From NCBI GenBank assembly GCA_964414805.1, contig CAYPYZ010000001.1:1-43430 (forward strand): a DNA stretch of 43,430 bases. The letters run 5' to 3'. Positions 1 to 10,304 of the stretch are shown piece by piece. The notes below the pieces were generated by a model that did not search any database, was not told the DNA's origin, and was given only the letters and a program-made list of their open reading frames with translations. The position numbers were made by a program, and so were the translations under genes. The DNA comes from an uncultured Paludibacter sp. (GTDB lineage: Bacteria; Bacteroidota; Bacteroidia; Bacteroidales; Paludibacteraceae). Numbering within the stretch: the first letter of the stretch is position 1; every line of letters starts with the position of its first letter.

Positions 1-2
1 CA

Positions 3-485
3 ATTATCGTTACCGTAGATGATGACATATACTATCGTTCGAATTTATTAAAAGATTTATATGATAGTTACCTGAAAAATCCGAAAAACATTCATACAGC
101 AGTCGCACACCAACCTATTCGAGATGAGCAAGGAAACTTGCTTTCGTATAATCAATGGTCTAAGAATGTCAGTAACACCCAATATAAAGAGCTTTTTCCA
201 ACCGGCGTTGGAGGGGTTCTGTATCCACCAAACAGTCTTCATAAAGATGTAAGTAATAAAGCATTATTTCAAAAACTTGCACCTACAGCCGATGATGTTT
301 GGTTTTGGATTATGGCAAGAATGAATGATACAAAATACAGTTTAGCAATTTCAAAAGAACATTTGCCCACTGATTGGTTTTATGAATACTTCAATACCGA
401 ATCTTCATTAATGCATGAGAATGTTTATCACAGCGCCAACGACAGACAAATTCAGCAAGTATTACAACACTATAACATAAAATAA
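3..485 (+). CDS. Glycosyltransferase (GT-A fold), 5'-truncated by the window edge
   Basis: The frame is open from base 3 (IIVTVDDDIYY, DxD-like motif) through FPTGVGGVLYPP and APTADDVWFW to TAA at 485. Confidence 0.7.
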   Translation: MIVTVDDDIYYRSNLLKDLYDSYLKNPKNIHTAVAHQPIRDEQGNLLSYNQWSKNVSNTQYKELFPTGVGGVLYPPNSLHKDVSNKALFQKLAPTADDVWFWIMARMNDTKYSLAISKEHLPTDWFYEYFNTESSLMHENVYHSANDRQIQQVLQHYNIK

Positions 486-498
486 GCAATATAAATTC

Positions 499-1518
499 AT
501 GAGAAAATTTGTTTCTATAATCTGCCCTATACGTAATGAAAAGAGTTTTATACAGTCCTGTATAGATACGTTATTGAGCCAAGATTATCCAAAAGATAAA
601 ATGGAAATTATTTTGGTAGATGGGATGAGTAATGATGGAACTCGTGAGATTATTAAAGATAATATTGAACAATATCCTCAAATAAAATTGATAGACAATC
701 CGCGTAAAATTGTGCCACATGCATTGAACCTAGGTATTCGTGCTGCTCAGGGTGAGATTATCATGCGTGTTGATGCACATTCCAAATATCCTACAGATTA
801 CGTATCTAAACTAGGTTCTAAACTAATCGAGTTAGATGCAGGTAATGTAGGGGGAGGTTTGCATATATTGCCCGGTAGTAAAAAGACTATCAGTGAAGCA
901 ATTGCAATGGCTGTTAGTCATCCATTCGGTGTCGGAAATGCAAGTTATAGATTACTAAGAAAAGGTATACATGCAGTTGACACTGTTCCTTTCGGTTGTT
1001 TCAAAAGAGAAATATTTGATGAACTTGGTTATTTCGATGAAGAATTAGTTCGCAATCAAGATTTTCATTTTAACTCCAAAATCATACAGTCCGGTAAAAA
1101 AATATATCTAATTGCTGATATAGTAGTTGAATATGTTGCTCGAAAAGACTTGAAACATTTGTTTAAAATGTATTATCAATATGGACTTTACAATCCGTTG
1201 ATGAATCGTAAGTTAAAACGTCCGGCAGCTATCAGACAGTTCGTTCCGCTATTCTTCGTTTTATACTTATTGGGCGGACTACTCCTGGCTGCCTTTATAC
1301 CGGCATTGATGCCTTTTTATCTGCTAATATTAGGCTTATATGTATGTCTATCTTTTGCTTCTGCAATAGCGATAGCCATCAAAGCTAGAAAATTTGTTCA
1401 TCTTATTTTATTGCCCATAGTATTTTTCACTATGCATATCAGCTACGGCATAGGATTCCTTACAGGTTGGCTGTACGGACTTTTCAACAAACCATTAATG
1501 GTTAATATCAGCAGATAA
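499..1518 (+). CDS. Family 2 glycosyltransferase (ExoA-like)
   Basis: VSIICPIRNE, ILVDGMSNDGT, RVDAHS, VDTVPFGCF and RNQD motifs; C-terminal TM segments. Confidence 0.9.
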   Translation: MRKFVSIICPIRNEKSFIQSCIDTLLSQDYPKDKMEIILVDGMSNDGTREIIKDNIEQYPQIKLIDNPRKIVPHALNLGIRAAQGEIIMRVDAHSKYPTDYVSKLGSKLIELDAGNVGGGLHILPGSKKTISEAIAMAVSHPFGVGNASYRLLRKGIHAVDTVPFGCFKREIFDELGYFDEELVRNQDFHFNSKIIQSGKKIYLIADIVVEYVARKDLKHLFKMYYQYGLYNPLMNRKLKRPAAIRQFVPLFFVLYLLGGLLLAAFIPALMPFYLLILGLYVCLSFASAIAIAIKARKFVHLILLPIVFFTMHISYGIGFLTGWLYGLFNKPLMVNISR

Positions 1519-1553
1519 AACCATGAATATTAATTTGTAAATTAAGCTTTTAC

Positions 1554-2153
1554 ATGTTTTTAAAATACATTTTCGATAAAATTGCGGCATTTGTAGCTTT
1601 AATTGTTTTTTTTCCACTACTACTGATCATTGCGATATTGATAAAAATAAAGATGCCGGATGAAAAAGTAATTTTCAAACAAGAAAGAGTAGGGCAATTC
1701 GGTCGTTTATTTACCATGTATAAATTTAGGACCATGGTTGCAGCACACGAAGGAGGTTCTATCTCCGTAAAAGGAGATACCCGCATAACACCGCTTGGAG
1801 CCATCTTAAGAAGATATAAATTAGACGAACTTCCCGAGCTTTGGAATGTTTTAAAAGGCGATATGAGTTTTGTTGGCCCCAGACCAGATGTACCGGGTTA
1901 TGCCGATTTACTAGAAGGAGAAGATGCTTTAATTTTGCAATTACGACCGGGTATCACAGGCCCTGCCACTCTAAAATATAGGAATGAAGAAAAATTATTA
2001 TCCCAAGTTGAAAACCCCCAACAGTATAATGATGAGGTGATTTTCCCGGATAAAATCAAATTAAATTTAAATTATTACAGACAAAGATCGTTTATTAATG
2101 ATTTAAAAATTATCTTTGCAACTGTTTTCAACATTCCTATAGAATATGAATAG
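1554..2153 (+). CDS. Bacterial sugar transferase (PglC-like phosphoglycosyl transferase)
   Basis: KFRTM and LDELPELWNVLKGDMSFVGPRP motifs; single N-terminal hydrophobic segment. Confidence 0.92.
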   Translation: MFLKYIFDKIAAFVALIVFFPLLLIIAILIKIKMPDEKVIFKQERVGQFGRLFTMYKFRTMVAAHEGGSISVKGDTRITPLGAILRRYKLDELPELWNVLKGDMSFVGPRPDVPGYADLLEGEDALILQLRPGITGPATLKYRNEEKLLSQVENPQQYNDEVIFPDKIKLNLNYYRQRSFINDLKIIFATVFNIPIEYE

Positions 2154-3285
2154 AAGGATTCACCTTTCACTCGCCACCATGGGTGGAAATGAATTAAAAT
2201 ATGTACAAGAAGCATTTGATACTGAATGGGTGGCGCCTTTAGGACCAAACGTAGATCATTTTGAAAATACCCTCTCCGACTATTTAGGAAAGAATAAAGA
2301 GGTAGTAGCATTATCATCCGGTACCGCAGCAATACATTTAGCTTTATTGCAATTAGGTGTCGGTCGTGATGATGAAGTAATTTGTCAATCTTTTACCTTT
2401 GTTGCTTCCGCAAATCCCATTACCTACTTAGGTGCTAAGCCCGTATTTATAGATAGTGAACCCGACACTTGGAATATGGATCCTGTATTATTGGAAGAAG
2501 CTATTCAAGACAGGATAAAGCAGACAGGCAAGAAACCTAAGGCCATTATTTTTGTGCATTTATATGGTCTGCCAGCAAAAATTGATGAAATTATAACAAT
2601 TGCCAAACGCTATGACATCCCAACTATTGAAGATGCAGCAGAAGCATTAGGTTCTGTGTATAAGGGTGATAAATGCGGTACTTTTGGTGATTTTGCAAAT
2701 CTATCTTTTAATGGTAATAAAATTATAACCACTTCCGGTGGTGGTGCATTGGTTTGTCCCACCAAAGAGATAGCCCAAAAAACCAAGTTTTTTGCAACCC
2801 AAGCTCGGGATGATGCTCCCCATTATCAACATTCGGAAATAGGTTATAATTATAGAATGAGCAATGTTTGTGCGGGTATTGGTCGCGGACAAATGCAAAT
2901 GTTGGATAAATTTATTGCCCGTCGACAAGCCATTCATGCCTATTACCAAAAGCATTTAAATGATTGTCCCGGCATCACTGTATTCACAGCATCTTCGGCA
3001 GACGCTGTATCCAATTCATGGTTGACTTGCATGCTAATCGACAGTGCAATTGCCGGTTATACCAAAGAAGACTTATGTAAAGCCATGGACATTCAAAACA
3101 TAGAAACCCGCCCATTATGGAAGCCCATGCACTTACAGCCTGTGTATGCTAAAAGCCCATTTTACGGCAATGGTATTTCCGAATCTTTATTCTCACAAGG
3201 CATCTGCTTGCCTTCCGGAAACGGACTAAGTGATGCAGATTTGGATAGGGTTATTGGGGTGGTAAGGGGGATGGGGCGGAAGTAA
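2146..3285 (+). CDS. DegT/DnrJ/EryC1/StrS family PLP-dependent sugar aminotransferase (PglE-like)
   Basis: SSGTAAIHLAL, IEDAAEALGS, SFNGNKIITTSGGG and GYNYRMSN motifs. Confidence 0.93.
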   Translation: MNRRIHLSLATMGGNELKYVQEAFDTEWVAPLGPNVDHFENTLSDYLGKNKEVVALSSGTAAIHLALLQLGVGRDDEVICQSFTFVASANPITYLGAKPVFIDSEPDTWNMDPVLLEEAIQDRIKQTGKKPKAIIFVHLYGLPAKIDEIITIAKRYDIPTIEDAAEALGSVYKGDKCGTFGDFANLSFNGNKIITTSGGGALVCPTKEIAQKTKFFATQARDDAPHYQHSEIGYNYRMSNVCAGIGRGQMQMLDKFIARRQAIHAYYQKHLNDCPGITVFTASSADAVSNSWLTCMLIDSAIAGYTKEDLCKAMDIQNIETRPLWKPMHLQPVYAKSPFYGNGISESLFSQGICLPSGNGLSDADLDRVIGVVRGMGRK

Positions 3286-3323
3286 GTTTAGAATATTAGT
3301 GCCACCAAACCACCAAATTCCAC

Positions 3324-3815
3324 TCACTCCTCCTCTACATGCCCATCCTTCAAGTAAATTTCTGTAAATTGAGAGGATGGACCTCGATGTACCAATTTAT
3401 ATACAAATGGATATAATTTGCAGCCTACACAAAATCCTATAGAAGCTTCTAATAGGGCGCAAATGCCAATGATGGCGGTAAAAACATAGGCCAGAACTTC
3501 CATAGAAAACAAGTGTGATACGCTAATTAAAAAAGTAAATACAAAACCAATTCTTGCAGAGAAAATTTTTGGGCCGGCATTGATGAGATGTGGCTTGGTT
3601 TTCTGAAGTAATTGCTTGGACAAAATGGCCAATAGACTGAACTTTGGTCTTTGAATACTTCTCATTAAGAAATCATACACCAAAAAAAGCATCACAAAAA
3701 TATTGGAGCTAAACACATATACTATTAAAAGTACAACGACAAAGGCAGCTATCAAACGAGATAAATGTTCGTCAATCTGCTTGTCAGATATCGGACAAAA
3801 CGTATTTTTTAACAT
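3324..3815 (-). CDS. DUF4395-family membrane protein
   Basis: Hydrophobic protein with PKIFSARIG and LEASIGFCVGC motifs. Confidence 0.75.
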   Translation of the reverse strand: MLKNTFCPISDKQIDEHLSRLIAAFVVVLLIVYVFSSNIFVMLFLVYDFLMRSIQRPKFSLLAILSKQLLQKTKPHLINAGPKIFSARIGFVFTFLISVSHLFSMEVLAYVFTAIIGICALLEASIGFCVGCKLYPFVYKLVHRGPSSQFTEIYLKDGHVEEE

Positions 3816-3924
3816 AATAAGGCGGTTTAAATTATAGTACTATATGCACTAAAACACAGAGGTAAAAGTTTTATAAATTAAAACTAATAAGCTCTTTTTA
3901 TACAACAAACTAAACTTTAAAGCA

Positions 3925-4770
3925 CTATCTGAAGTCGCTTAATTTCCCCGTTTCCAAAACTTTGTACTTGCCTCTGTTTTCGGTAACGGTACAGCACTCC
4001 GTATAGGCATCATGCACCATAACTAACACTTGATTTTCCGAAATAGTTTCATCCATTAAGATCTTTTTGGCTTCCATGGAGACAACAGGATAGGTGTCAT
4101 ATGCTGAAACCCAGGCTAATGGTACATTTGCCGCAGCCGGAATGACATCACCGGCAAAAACAAAAGTTCGCTTACCATTATTGACGAATGCAACTATTTG
4201 ACCGGGAGTATGACCATCAAACAATTTCAAAGTTACTCCCTCACAAAGATCAGTTTCATCTGTAACCAATTTTAAACGACCGGCTTCGTGCACAGGCATC
4301 ATATTCTCCGGAAAATACGAATCTGCTTCCCTAATATTGGGATTGAGAAAGTTTTCCCACTGCGTTTTACCTACCCAATATTGGGCATTCGGAAAGGTCA
4401 ATACCAAATTTTTATCAGCATCATAGCGTGTACAATCCCCGCAATGATCAAAATGCAAATGCGATAAAACTACATCCGTAATATCTTCGGCTGTCAGACC
4501 ATAATGCGGTAGAACTTCATGAAAATCAAGTACATCCTTGATACCATAAAATTTGAAATAATCTTTTTGCTTATGTCCTGCCCCCGTATCTATCAAGATA
4601 TTCTTGTCCTTAGTTTTCACCAACATGCAACGCATGGTCAATTTGCAAAAATTATCCGCATCAGCAGGGTAGCGTTTTGACCACACTCTTTTGGGAACTA
4701 CCCCAAAACAAGCACCTCCATCTGCATTAAAATATCCGGCTTCTATTGTATATATATCCATAATTGTCAT
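3925..4770 (-). CDS. Metallo-beta-lactamase-fold hydrolase (YtnP-like)
   Basis: DGGACFGVVPK, SHLHFDHCG (HxHxDH), GHTPG and FAGD motifs. Confidence 0.88.
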   Translation of the reverse strand: MTIMDIYTIEAGYFNADGGACFGVVPKRVWSKRYPADADNFCKLTMRCMLVKTKDKNILIDTGAGHKQKDYFKFYGIKDVLDFHEVLPHYGLTAEDITDVVLSHLHFDHCGDCTRYDADKNLVLTFPNAQYWVGKTQWENFLNPNIREADSYFPENMMPVHEAGRLKLVTDETDLCEGVTLKLFDGHTPGQIVAFVNNGKRTFVFAGDVIPAAANVPLAWVSAYDTYPVVSMEAKKILMDETISENQVLVMVHDAYTECCTVTENRGKYKVLETGKLSDFR

Positions 4771-4778
4771 TTTTTTAG

Positions 4779-4814
4779 TACTTTTGCTTACTTATTAATT
4801 AAGCGACAAAATTA
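4779..4814. promoter_or_regulatory. Overlapping divergent Bacteroidetes -7 promoter boxes
   Basis: TACTTTTG on + (4779-4786, towards mpl) and TAATTTTG on - (4807-4814, towards the MBL gene) both match TAnnTTTG. Confidence 0.55.
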
Positions 4815-4841
4815 AGTAAAAACTATATCCCAACCAACTCT

Positions 4842-6221
4842 ATGCATCACGTCCATTTTATAGCCATAGGCGGAGCAGCCATGCATAATTTAGCCATCGC
4901 TATCAGCAAAAAATCGTCATATAAGGTTACCGGCTCTGATGATGAGATCTTTGATCCGTCTTATAGTCGACTGAAAGCACATGGTTTATTACCTGAAAAA
5001 ATAGGTTGGTTTCCCGAAAAAATAGATCAAAGTTTGGATGCCGTTATTCTTGGTATGCACGCTAAAGCGGATAATCCTGAACTTTTAAAGGCTAAGGAAA
5101 TAGGTCTGAAAATCTATTCCTTTCCAGAATATCTGTATGAACAAACTAAGCATAAAACGCGTATAGTCGTGGGTGGTAGTCATGGTAAAACCTCCACTAC
5201 AGCTATGATTTTACATGTATTCAAGCAATTGTATATAGATGCAGATTATATGGTAGGTGCTCAAATAGAGGGTTTTGATAATATGGTCAAACTTTCCACT
5301 GACACTAAAATCGCAGTTTTTGAAGGCGATGAATACTTGACTTCCCCTATTGATTTGCGTCCGAAATTTCATTTATTAAAGCCACATATAGCTATCCTTA
5401 CGGGAATAGCTTGGGATCATATCAATGTGTTTCCTACTTTCGAAATATATGTAGAACAATTTAGGAAGTTTATTGACATCATTGAACCTGCCGGTAAATT
5501 AATATATTTTGATGGCGATAAACAACTGCAATTAATCGCAAAAACGCTTAGGAATGATATTGTTGCATTGCCTTATAATACCCCTGCTTACGAGATTCGG
5601 GAAGGAATTAGTTACCTAAAAACGAATACAGGAGCAGTAGCTATCAAAACCTTTGGAGAACATAATTTGCAAAATTTGCGTGCGGCACAATTAGCCTGTG
5701 AGCAAGTTGGTGTTTCATCTGAGCAGTTTTATCAAGCGATTGCTACTTTTGAAGGGGCATCCAATCGTTTGCAAAAAATTGCGGAAACAGCTACTTCTGT
5801 GGCTTATAAGGATTTTGCACATGCACCGTCAAAGCTGCAAGCAAGTCTGCATGCAGTCAGGAAACAGTATCCTAACAAACAATTAATTGCTTGCATGGAA
5901 TTGCACACCTATAGCAGTCTAACGCAAGCTTTTCTATCTGAATATGCCGGTACCATGGCTGAGGCCGATATTGCTTATATATATTTTAACCCTAAGGTAA
6001 TAGCTCATAAGCGATTAGAGCCTATTGACCCAGCGTACGTAAAACAAGCTTTTGGTGGTAATAATGTGGAAGTCTTTACAGATTCAGATGCTTTAGTAGC
6101 TAAATTGCATAGTCATCATTATGTAAATACAGCATTATTGCTTATGACTTCCGGCAATTTTTCAGGAGTGAATTTGGGGGAATTAGGGAAGGAATTATTG
6201 AAGATTGATAATGAGCAATGA
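4842..6221 (+). CDS. mpl: Murein peptide ligase (Mpl/MurC-like Mur ligase)
   Basis: HFIAIGGAAMHNLA, GSHGKTST P-loop, FEGDEY, DFAHAP and ELHTYSS motifs. Confidence 0.8.
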   Translation: MHHVHFIAIGGAAMHNLAIAISKKSSYKVTGSDDEIFDPSYSRLKAHGLLPEKIGWFPEKIDQSLDAVILGMHAKADNPELLKAKEIGLKIYSFPEYLYEQTKHKTRIVVGGSHGKTSTTAMILHVFKQLYIDADYMVGAQIEGFDNMVKLSTDTKIAVFEGDEYLTSPIDLRPKFHLLKPHIAILTGIAWDHINVFPTFEIYVEQFRKFIDIIEPAGKLIYFDGDKQLQLIAKTLRNDIVALPYNTPAYEIREGISYLKTNTGAVAIKTFGEHNLQNLRAAQLACEQVGVSSEQFYQAIATFEGASNRLQKIAETATSVAYKDFAHAPSKLQASLHAVRKQYPNKQLIACMELHTYSSLTQAFLSEYAGTMAEADIAYIYFNPKVIAHKRLEPIDPAYVKQAFGGNNVEVFTDSDALVAKLHSHHYVNTALLLMTSGNFSGVNLGELGKELLKIDNEQ

Positions 6222-6342
6222 GCCATAAAAAGAAGAATTTAGCTGATTGAACGCTTATTTTATACGTGAATCCATTCAATTCAAATAAGAAAAACAAAGT
6301 AAGAATTAAAATTATAATTTGTTTCTAAAAACAAAAATTAAT

Positions 6343-6768
6343 ATGGACAACAAACAAAAACTCTTAGATCAGCGCTATATGCGGATGGCACGTATATGGG
6401 CAGAAAACTCCTATTGCGAAAGGCGAAAAGTAGGGGCTTTATTAGTCAAAGACAAAATGATAATTTCCGATGGATATAACGGAACGCCTTCCGGTTTCGA
6501 AAATAAATGTGAAGATGAAAACAATGTATCCAAACCCTATGTTTTACATGCGGAAGCCAACGCCATCACGAAAGTAGCACGCTCGCATAACAGCAGTGAA
6601 GGTGCTACACTGTATGTAACTGCTTCTCCCTGTGTAGAATGTGCAAAATTGATTATTCAATCAGGTATCAAAAGGGTGGTTTACGGAGAAGAATACCGGA
6701 TAATGGATGGTGTTGAATTGCTCGAAAGGGCCGGTATATCCGTAGAATTATTACTAATTGATGCATAA
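6343..6768 (+). CDS. dCMP deaminase (ComEB family)
   Basis: GYNGTPSG, HAEANAI and SPCVEC zinc motifs; ATG at 6343 preferred over TTG at 6319. Confidence 0.92.
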   Translation: MDNKQKLLDQRYMRMARIWAENSYCERRKVGALLVKDKMIISDGYNGTPSGFENKCEDENNVSKPYVLHAEANAITKVARSHNSSEGATLYVTASPCVECAKLIIQSGIKRVVYGEEYRIMDGVELLERAGISVELLLIDA

Positions 6769-6786
6769 ATTTATAAACTCTAAAGG

Positions 6787-8409
6787 ATGAAAACAAGAAA
6801 CTTCTGGTTAGTTTTAGCTATTTTTATTGCCGTAGTGGGTGGCTTTTTATTAGGCAACCTCATTACTAATAAGGCCAATAGTAAATCTGACGAAACCATC
6901 ACTTCGCTATTCAATAATATATTGAAAAGAGAAAATAAAATTACCGAAATGATGCAATTTATCAGTCATGAATATGTTGATAGCTTAAATATGAAGGATA
7001 TCACGGAAGAATTGGCTATTGACTTGATGGCAAAATTAGACCCGCATTCTGTATATATTCCTGCAGAAGATTTAGAAATCGTTCAAAACGAATTGGAAGG
7101 TAGTTTTTCTGGTGTAGGCATTCAATTTAATATTCAAAGTGACACGATTACTGTTGTTTCTGTTATCAGTGGCGGTCCTTCCGAAAAAGTCGGTTTATTG
7201 GCAGGCGACCGCATCATAAGCGTTGATGATTCATTGTTTGTTGGTAAAACTATCAACAATGAAAAGGTAATGCGCACATTGCGCGGACCTAAAAACACGC
7301 AAGTAAAATTGGGTGTAAAGCGTTATGGTACAGCAGAAACTTTGGAATATACGGTAACACGTGGACAAATCCCCGTTAGTTCAGTAGATATCAGTTATAT
7401 GGTTAGTCCAACCATAGGATTAATAAAACTAAATAAATTCGGTGAAACGACCTATTCAGAGTTTTTAGTAGCCATAGCCAAATTAAAAAGGGAAGGTGCT
7501 TCTAAATTCATCATCGATTTAAGAGAAAATACCGGTGGTTATCTCGACAGAGCCATTGCTATGATCAATGAATTTTTGCCTGCTAATCAGTTGATAGTCT
7601 ACACCGAAGGCCGTTCATACCCACGTTTTGATGCGCAATCCGATGGAACAGGCAGCTGCATTCACAATCCCATAGCCGTACTAATAGATGAGTTTTCAGC
7701 TTCTGCAAGCGAAATTTTTGCCGGAGCTATTCAAGATAATGATAGGGGAACTATTATTGGCAGAAGGTCGTTTGGTAAGGGTTTGGTGCAGCAACAAAAG
7801 GATTTATCCGATGGTTCTGCTATTCGTCTGACCGTTGCGAAATACTATACTCCTTCCGGCAGGAGCATACAAAAACCTTATGAAACCGGTGGTGATGACG
7901 AAGATTATAATATGGATATAATCAATCGTTTTTTACATGGAGAATTTTATTCGCAAGACAGCATCCACTTAGCTGATAGTTTGGTGTTTACAACTTTAAA
8001 AGGACGTACCGTTTATGGTGGTGGCGGTATTATGCCGGATATTTTTATGCCCCGCGATACCTCTGAATATTCACCTTATCTTACGAAAGTGATTAATAGC
8101 GCTTTGATGTATCAATTTGCATTTGCATATACTGATAAACATAGAGCGAAATTAAGTACCTATAAAGAGTGGAAATCATTGGAGGAATACCTCAACACGC
8201 AAGCTTTACTCAATGAATTTATTAGCTATGCTTCCGAGAAAGGTGTGAAGCCTGTACAGTCAGAAATCAAGTTGTCAAGTAATTTCATAAAAAGGCATAT
8301 AACAGCCTATATTTCAAGGAATATACTTAATGATGCGGGTTTCTATCCTATATTATTCAAGGATGATTTAACTGTAATAAAAGCAATTGAAGTATTGAAT
8401 GAAGAATAG
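6787..8409 (+). CDS. S41 family C-terminal processing protease (PDZ + protease)
   Basis: LDPHS, PDZ GVGI, IDLRENTGG, SASASEIFAGA and SFGKGLVQ motifs; N-terminal TM segment. Confidence 0.92.
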   Translation: MKTRNFWLVLAIFIAVVGGFLLGNLITNKANSKSDETITSLFNNILKRENKITEMMQFISHEYVDSLNMKDITEELAIDLMAKLDPHSVYIPAEDLEIVQNELEGSFSGVGIQFNIQSDTITVVSVISGGPSEKVGLLAGDRIISVDDSLFVGKTINNEKVMRTLRGPKNTQVKLGVKRYGTAETLEYTVTRGQIPVSSVDISYMVSPTIGLIKLNKFGETTYSEFLVAIAKLKREGASKFIIDLRENTGGYLDRAIAMINEFLPANQLIVYTEGRSYPRFDAQSDGTGSCIHNPIAVLIDEFSASASEIFAGAIQDNDRGTIIGRRSFGKGLVQQQKDLSDGSAIRLTVAKYYTPSGRSIQKPYETGGDDEDYNMDIINRFLHGEFYSQDSIHLADSLVFTTLKGRTVYGGGGIMPDIFMPRDTSEYSPYLTKVINSALMYQFAFAYTDKHRAKLSTYKEWKSLEEYLNTQALLNEFISYASEKGVKPVQSEIKLSSNFIKRHITAYISRNILNDAGFYPILFKDDLTVIKAIEVLNEE

Positions 8410-8439
8410 TTTACCTTCAAAAAGGTCTTCAAAATATCT

Positions 8440-9357
8440 TTAAAACTCAATAACCATCTTGTCTTCCGCTAAGATAGTGTTTTCAAATACAGATTTTGCT
8501 TCCTGCAAAACTATATTTTGATTGCTACTGTAACGAGAAGATAAATGTCCTATAACTAACTGCTTAACATTCGCTTGTTGAGCAATTGAAGCCGCTTGCT
8601 TGGCAGTACTGTGCATAGTCGTTTTGGCTCTTGCAGCTTCTGAATCAGCAAATGTTGCTTCATGGTATAATAAATCTACTCCTGTTATCCAAGGAATAAT
8701 CGTTTCGGTATAGATGGTATCCGAACAATAGGCATAACTGATGGTCTTTGCCGGTTCAGTTGTCAGCAATTTATTCTCTATCAGTTTCCCCTCTTCATTG
8801 ATAAAATCCGCACCTTGTTTTATCAAATTAATCTGTGAAAAAGGCACCTTATGGTAATCTATCATTTCACGTTTTATATGCCTGTCTTTCGCTTTTTCTT
8901 TAAACAAAAAACCACAAGCCGGCACCCTATGTTTTAGAGGAATGGTATAAATTTCAATAGAGCGATCTTCATGAATTTTTTGAAATTGAGTGGTATCATG
9001 TTCTACAAAGTGCACAGTATAAGGTATTTGATTGCAGAAGAATTCCATTTGACTGGCATATAATTCAGTTATGCCTTTAGGACCATGTATGTATAAATCA
9101 GCGGTTCTATTCAATAGGGCAAATGATGAAATCAAGCCTACTAAACCAAAGCAATGATCGCCATGCAAATGCGAAATAAAAATACGATTCAGCCTTTTGG
9201 TTTTTAAGCCCATTTGTCGCATGCTAATTTGTGTTCCTTCTCCACAATCTATCAAATATTGTTTTTCTCGCAATTCCAATAATTGTGAGCTTGGAAAATT
9301 ATAGCGTGTTGGCAAGGCCGAACCTGCTCCTAATATTGTTAATCTTGCTGTACTCAT
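8440..9357 (-). CDS. rnz: Ribonuclease Z
   Basis: ILGAGSALP, DCGEGTQ, SHLHGDH, HEATF, HST and HLSSRY motifs. Confidence 0.95.
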   Translation of the reverse strand: MSTARLTILGAGSALPTRYNFPSSQLLELREKQYLIDCGEGTQISMRQMGLKTKRLNRIFISHLHGDHCFGLVGLISSFALLNRTADLYIHGPKGITELYASQMEFFCNQIPYTVHFVEHDTTQFQKIHEDRSIEIYTIPLKHRVPACGFLFKEKAKDRHIKREMIDYHKVPFSQINLIKQGADFINEEGKLIENKLLTTEPAKTISYAYCSDTIYTETIIPWITGVDLLYHEATFADSEAARAKTTMHSTAKQAASIAQQANVKQLVIGHLSSRYSSNQNIVLQEAKSVFENTILAEDKMVIEF

Positions 9358-9359
9358 TT

Positions 9360-10304
9360 TTACCTTTTGCCTATACGCATTTTCACAAAACCTATGATAT
9401 CATCCACATTATCAGGATGAAACCAATGGATGTCCGGATCTTTATTAAACCATGTTAATTGACGTTTTGCATACCTGCGTGTATCTCTTTTTAATTTTTC
9501 TATGGCCTCTTCTAAACTGCATTGACCATCCATATATTCATATAACTCTTTATAGCCAACTGTGTTCAACGCATTCAAGTGCTTATAAGGATAATACTGT
9601 GTGGCTTCTTCCAATAAACCATCTTCCATCATCTTGTCAACACGCTGATTAATACGTTCATATAGTTCCGGACGTGGTCTATTCAATCCAATTTTAAGTA
9701 TATTAAAATCCCTATTTCTTTTTTTGCCAGTTCTAAAAGACGAAAAAGTTTTACCTGTCATGCTACAAATTTCCAAAGCATGCAATATCCTTTTGTGATT
9801 TTGCATATCTACAATTTGTGCATAAGCAGGGTCTAATCGCTTTAGTTCATCTTGTATATAAGATAAACCATGTTTTGCATATTGCGCAACCCAAAATTTC
9901 CTTGTCGCATCATCAACGGAAGGGATATCATCAAATCCTTCACATACAGCATCTATATACATCATAGATCCTCCTACTAATAGCGCTGCTGGATGTTTTT
10001 GAAATAAATTATCGAGTAATAAAAGAGCATCCTCTTCGTATTGACCTGCGCTATAAGTATCAAAAATAGAATGAGTTCCAATAAAATAATGCTGAACCAA
10101 GGATAGTTCGTGAGCAGTTGGAGCAGCAGTACCAATTTGTAGTTCCCTGTATATCTGTCGCGAGTCAGATGAAACGATAGGTGCTTCGAGGAATTGGGCT
10201 AATTGAAAGCTAATAGAAGTTTTACCTACACCTGTAGGTCCCATCAAAACAACTAAGTTAGGTAATTGATTTTTTATTTGAGGAATATCAGATACTATCA
10301 TCAA
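9360..10304 (-). CDS. miaA: tRNA dimethylallyltransferase
   Basis: GPTGVGKT, DSRQIY, IGTAAP, TVGYKE and TRRYAKRQLTWF motifs; exact start uncertain. Confidence 0.95.
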   Translation of the reverse strand: MMIVSDIPQIKNQLPNLVVLMGPTGVGKTSISFQLAQFLEAPIVSSDSRQIYRELQIGTAAPTAHELSLVQHYFIGTHSIFDTYSAGQYEEDALLLLDNLFQKHPAALLVGGSMMYIDAVCEGFDDIPSVDDATRKFWVAQYAKHGLSYIQDELKRLDPAYAQIVDMQNHKRILHALEICSMTGKTFSSFRTGKKRNRDFNILKIGLNRPRPELYERINQRVDKMMEDGLLEEATQYYPYKHLNALNTVGYKELYEYMDGQCSLEEAIEKLKRDTRRYAKRQLTWFNKDPDIHWFHPDNVDDIIGFVKMRIGKR

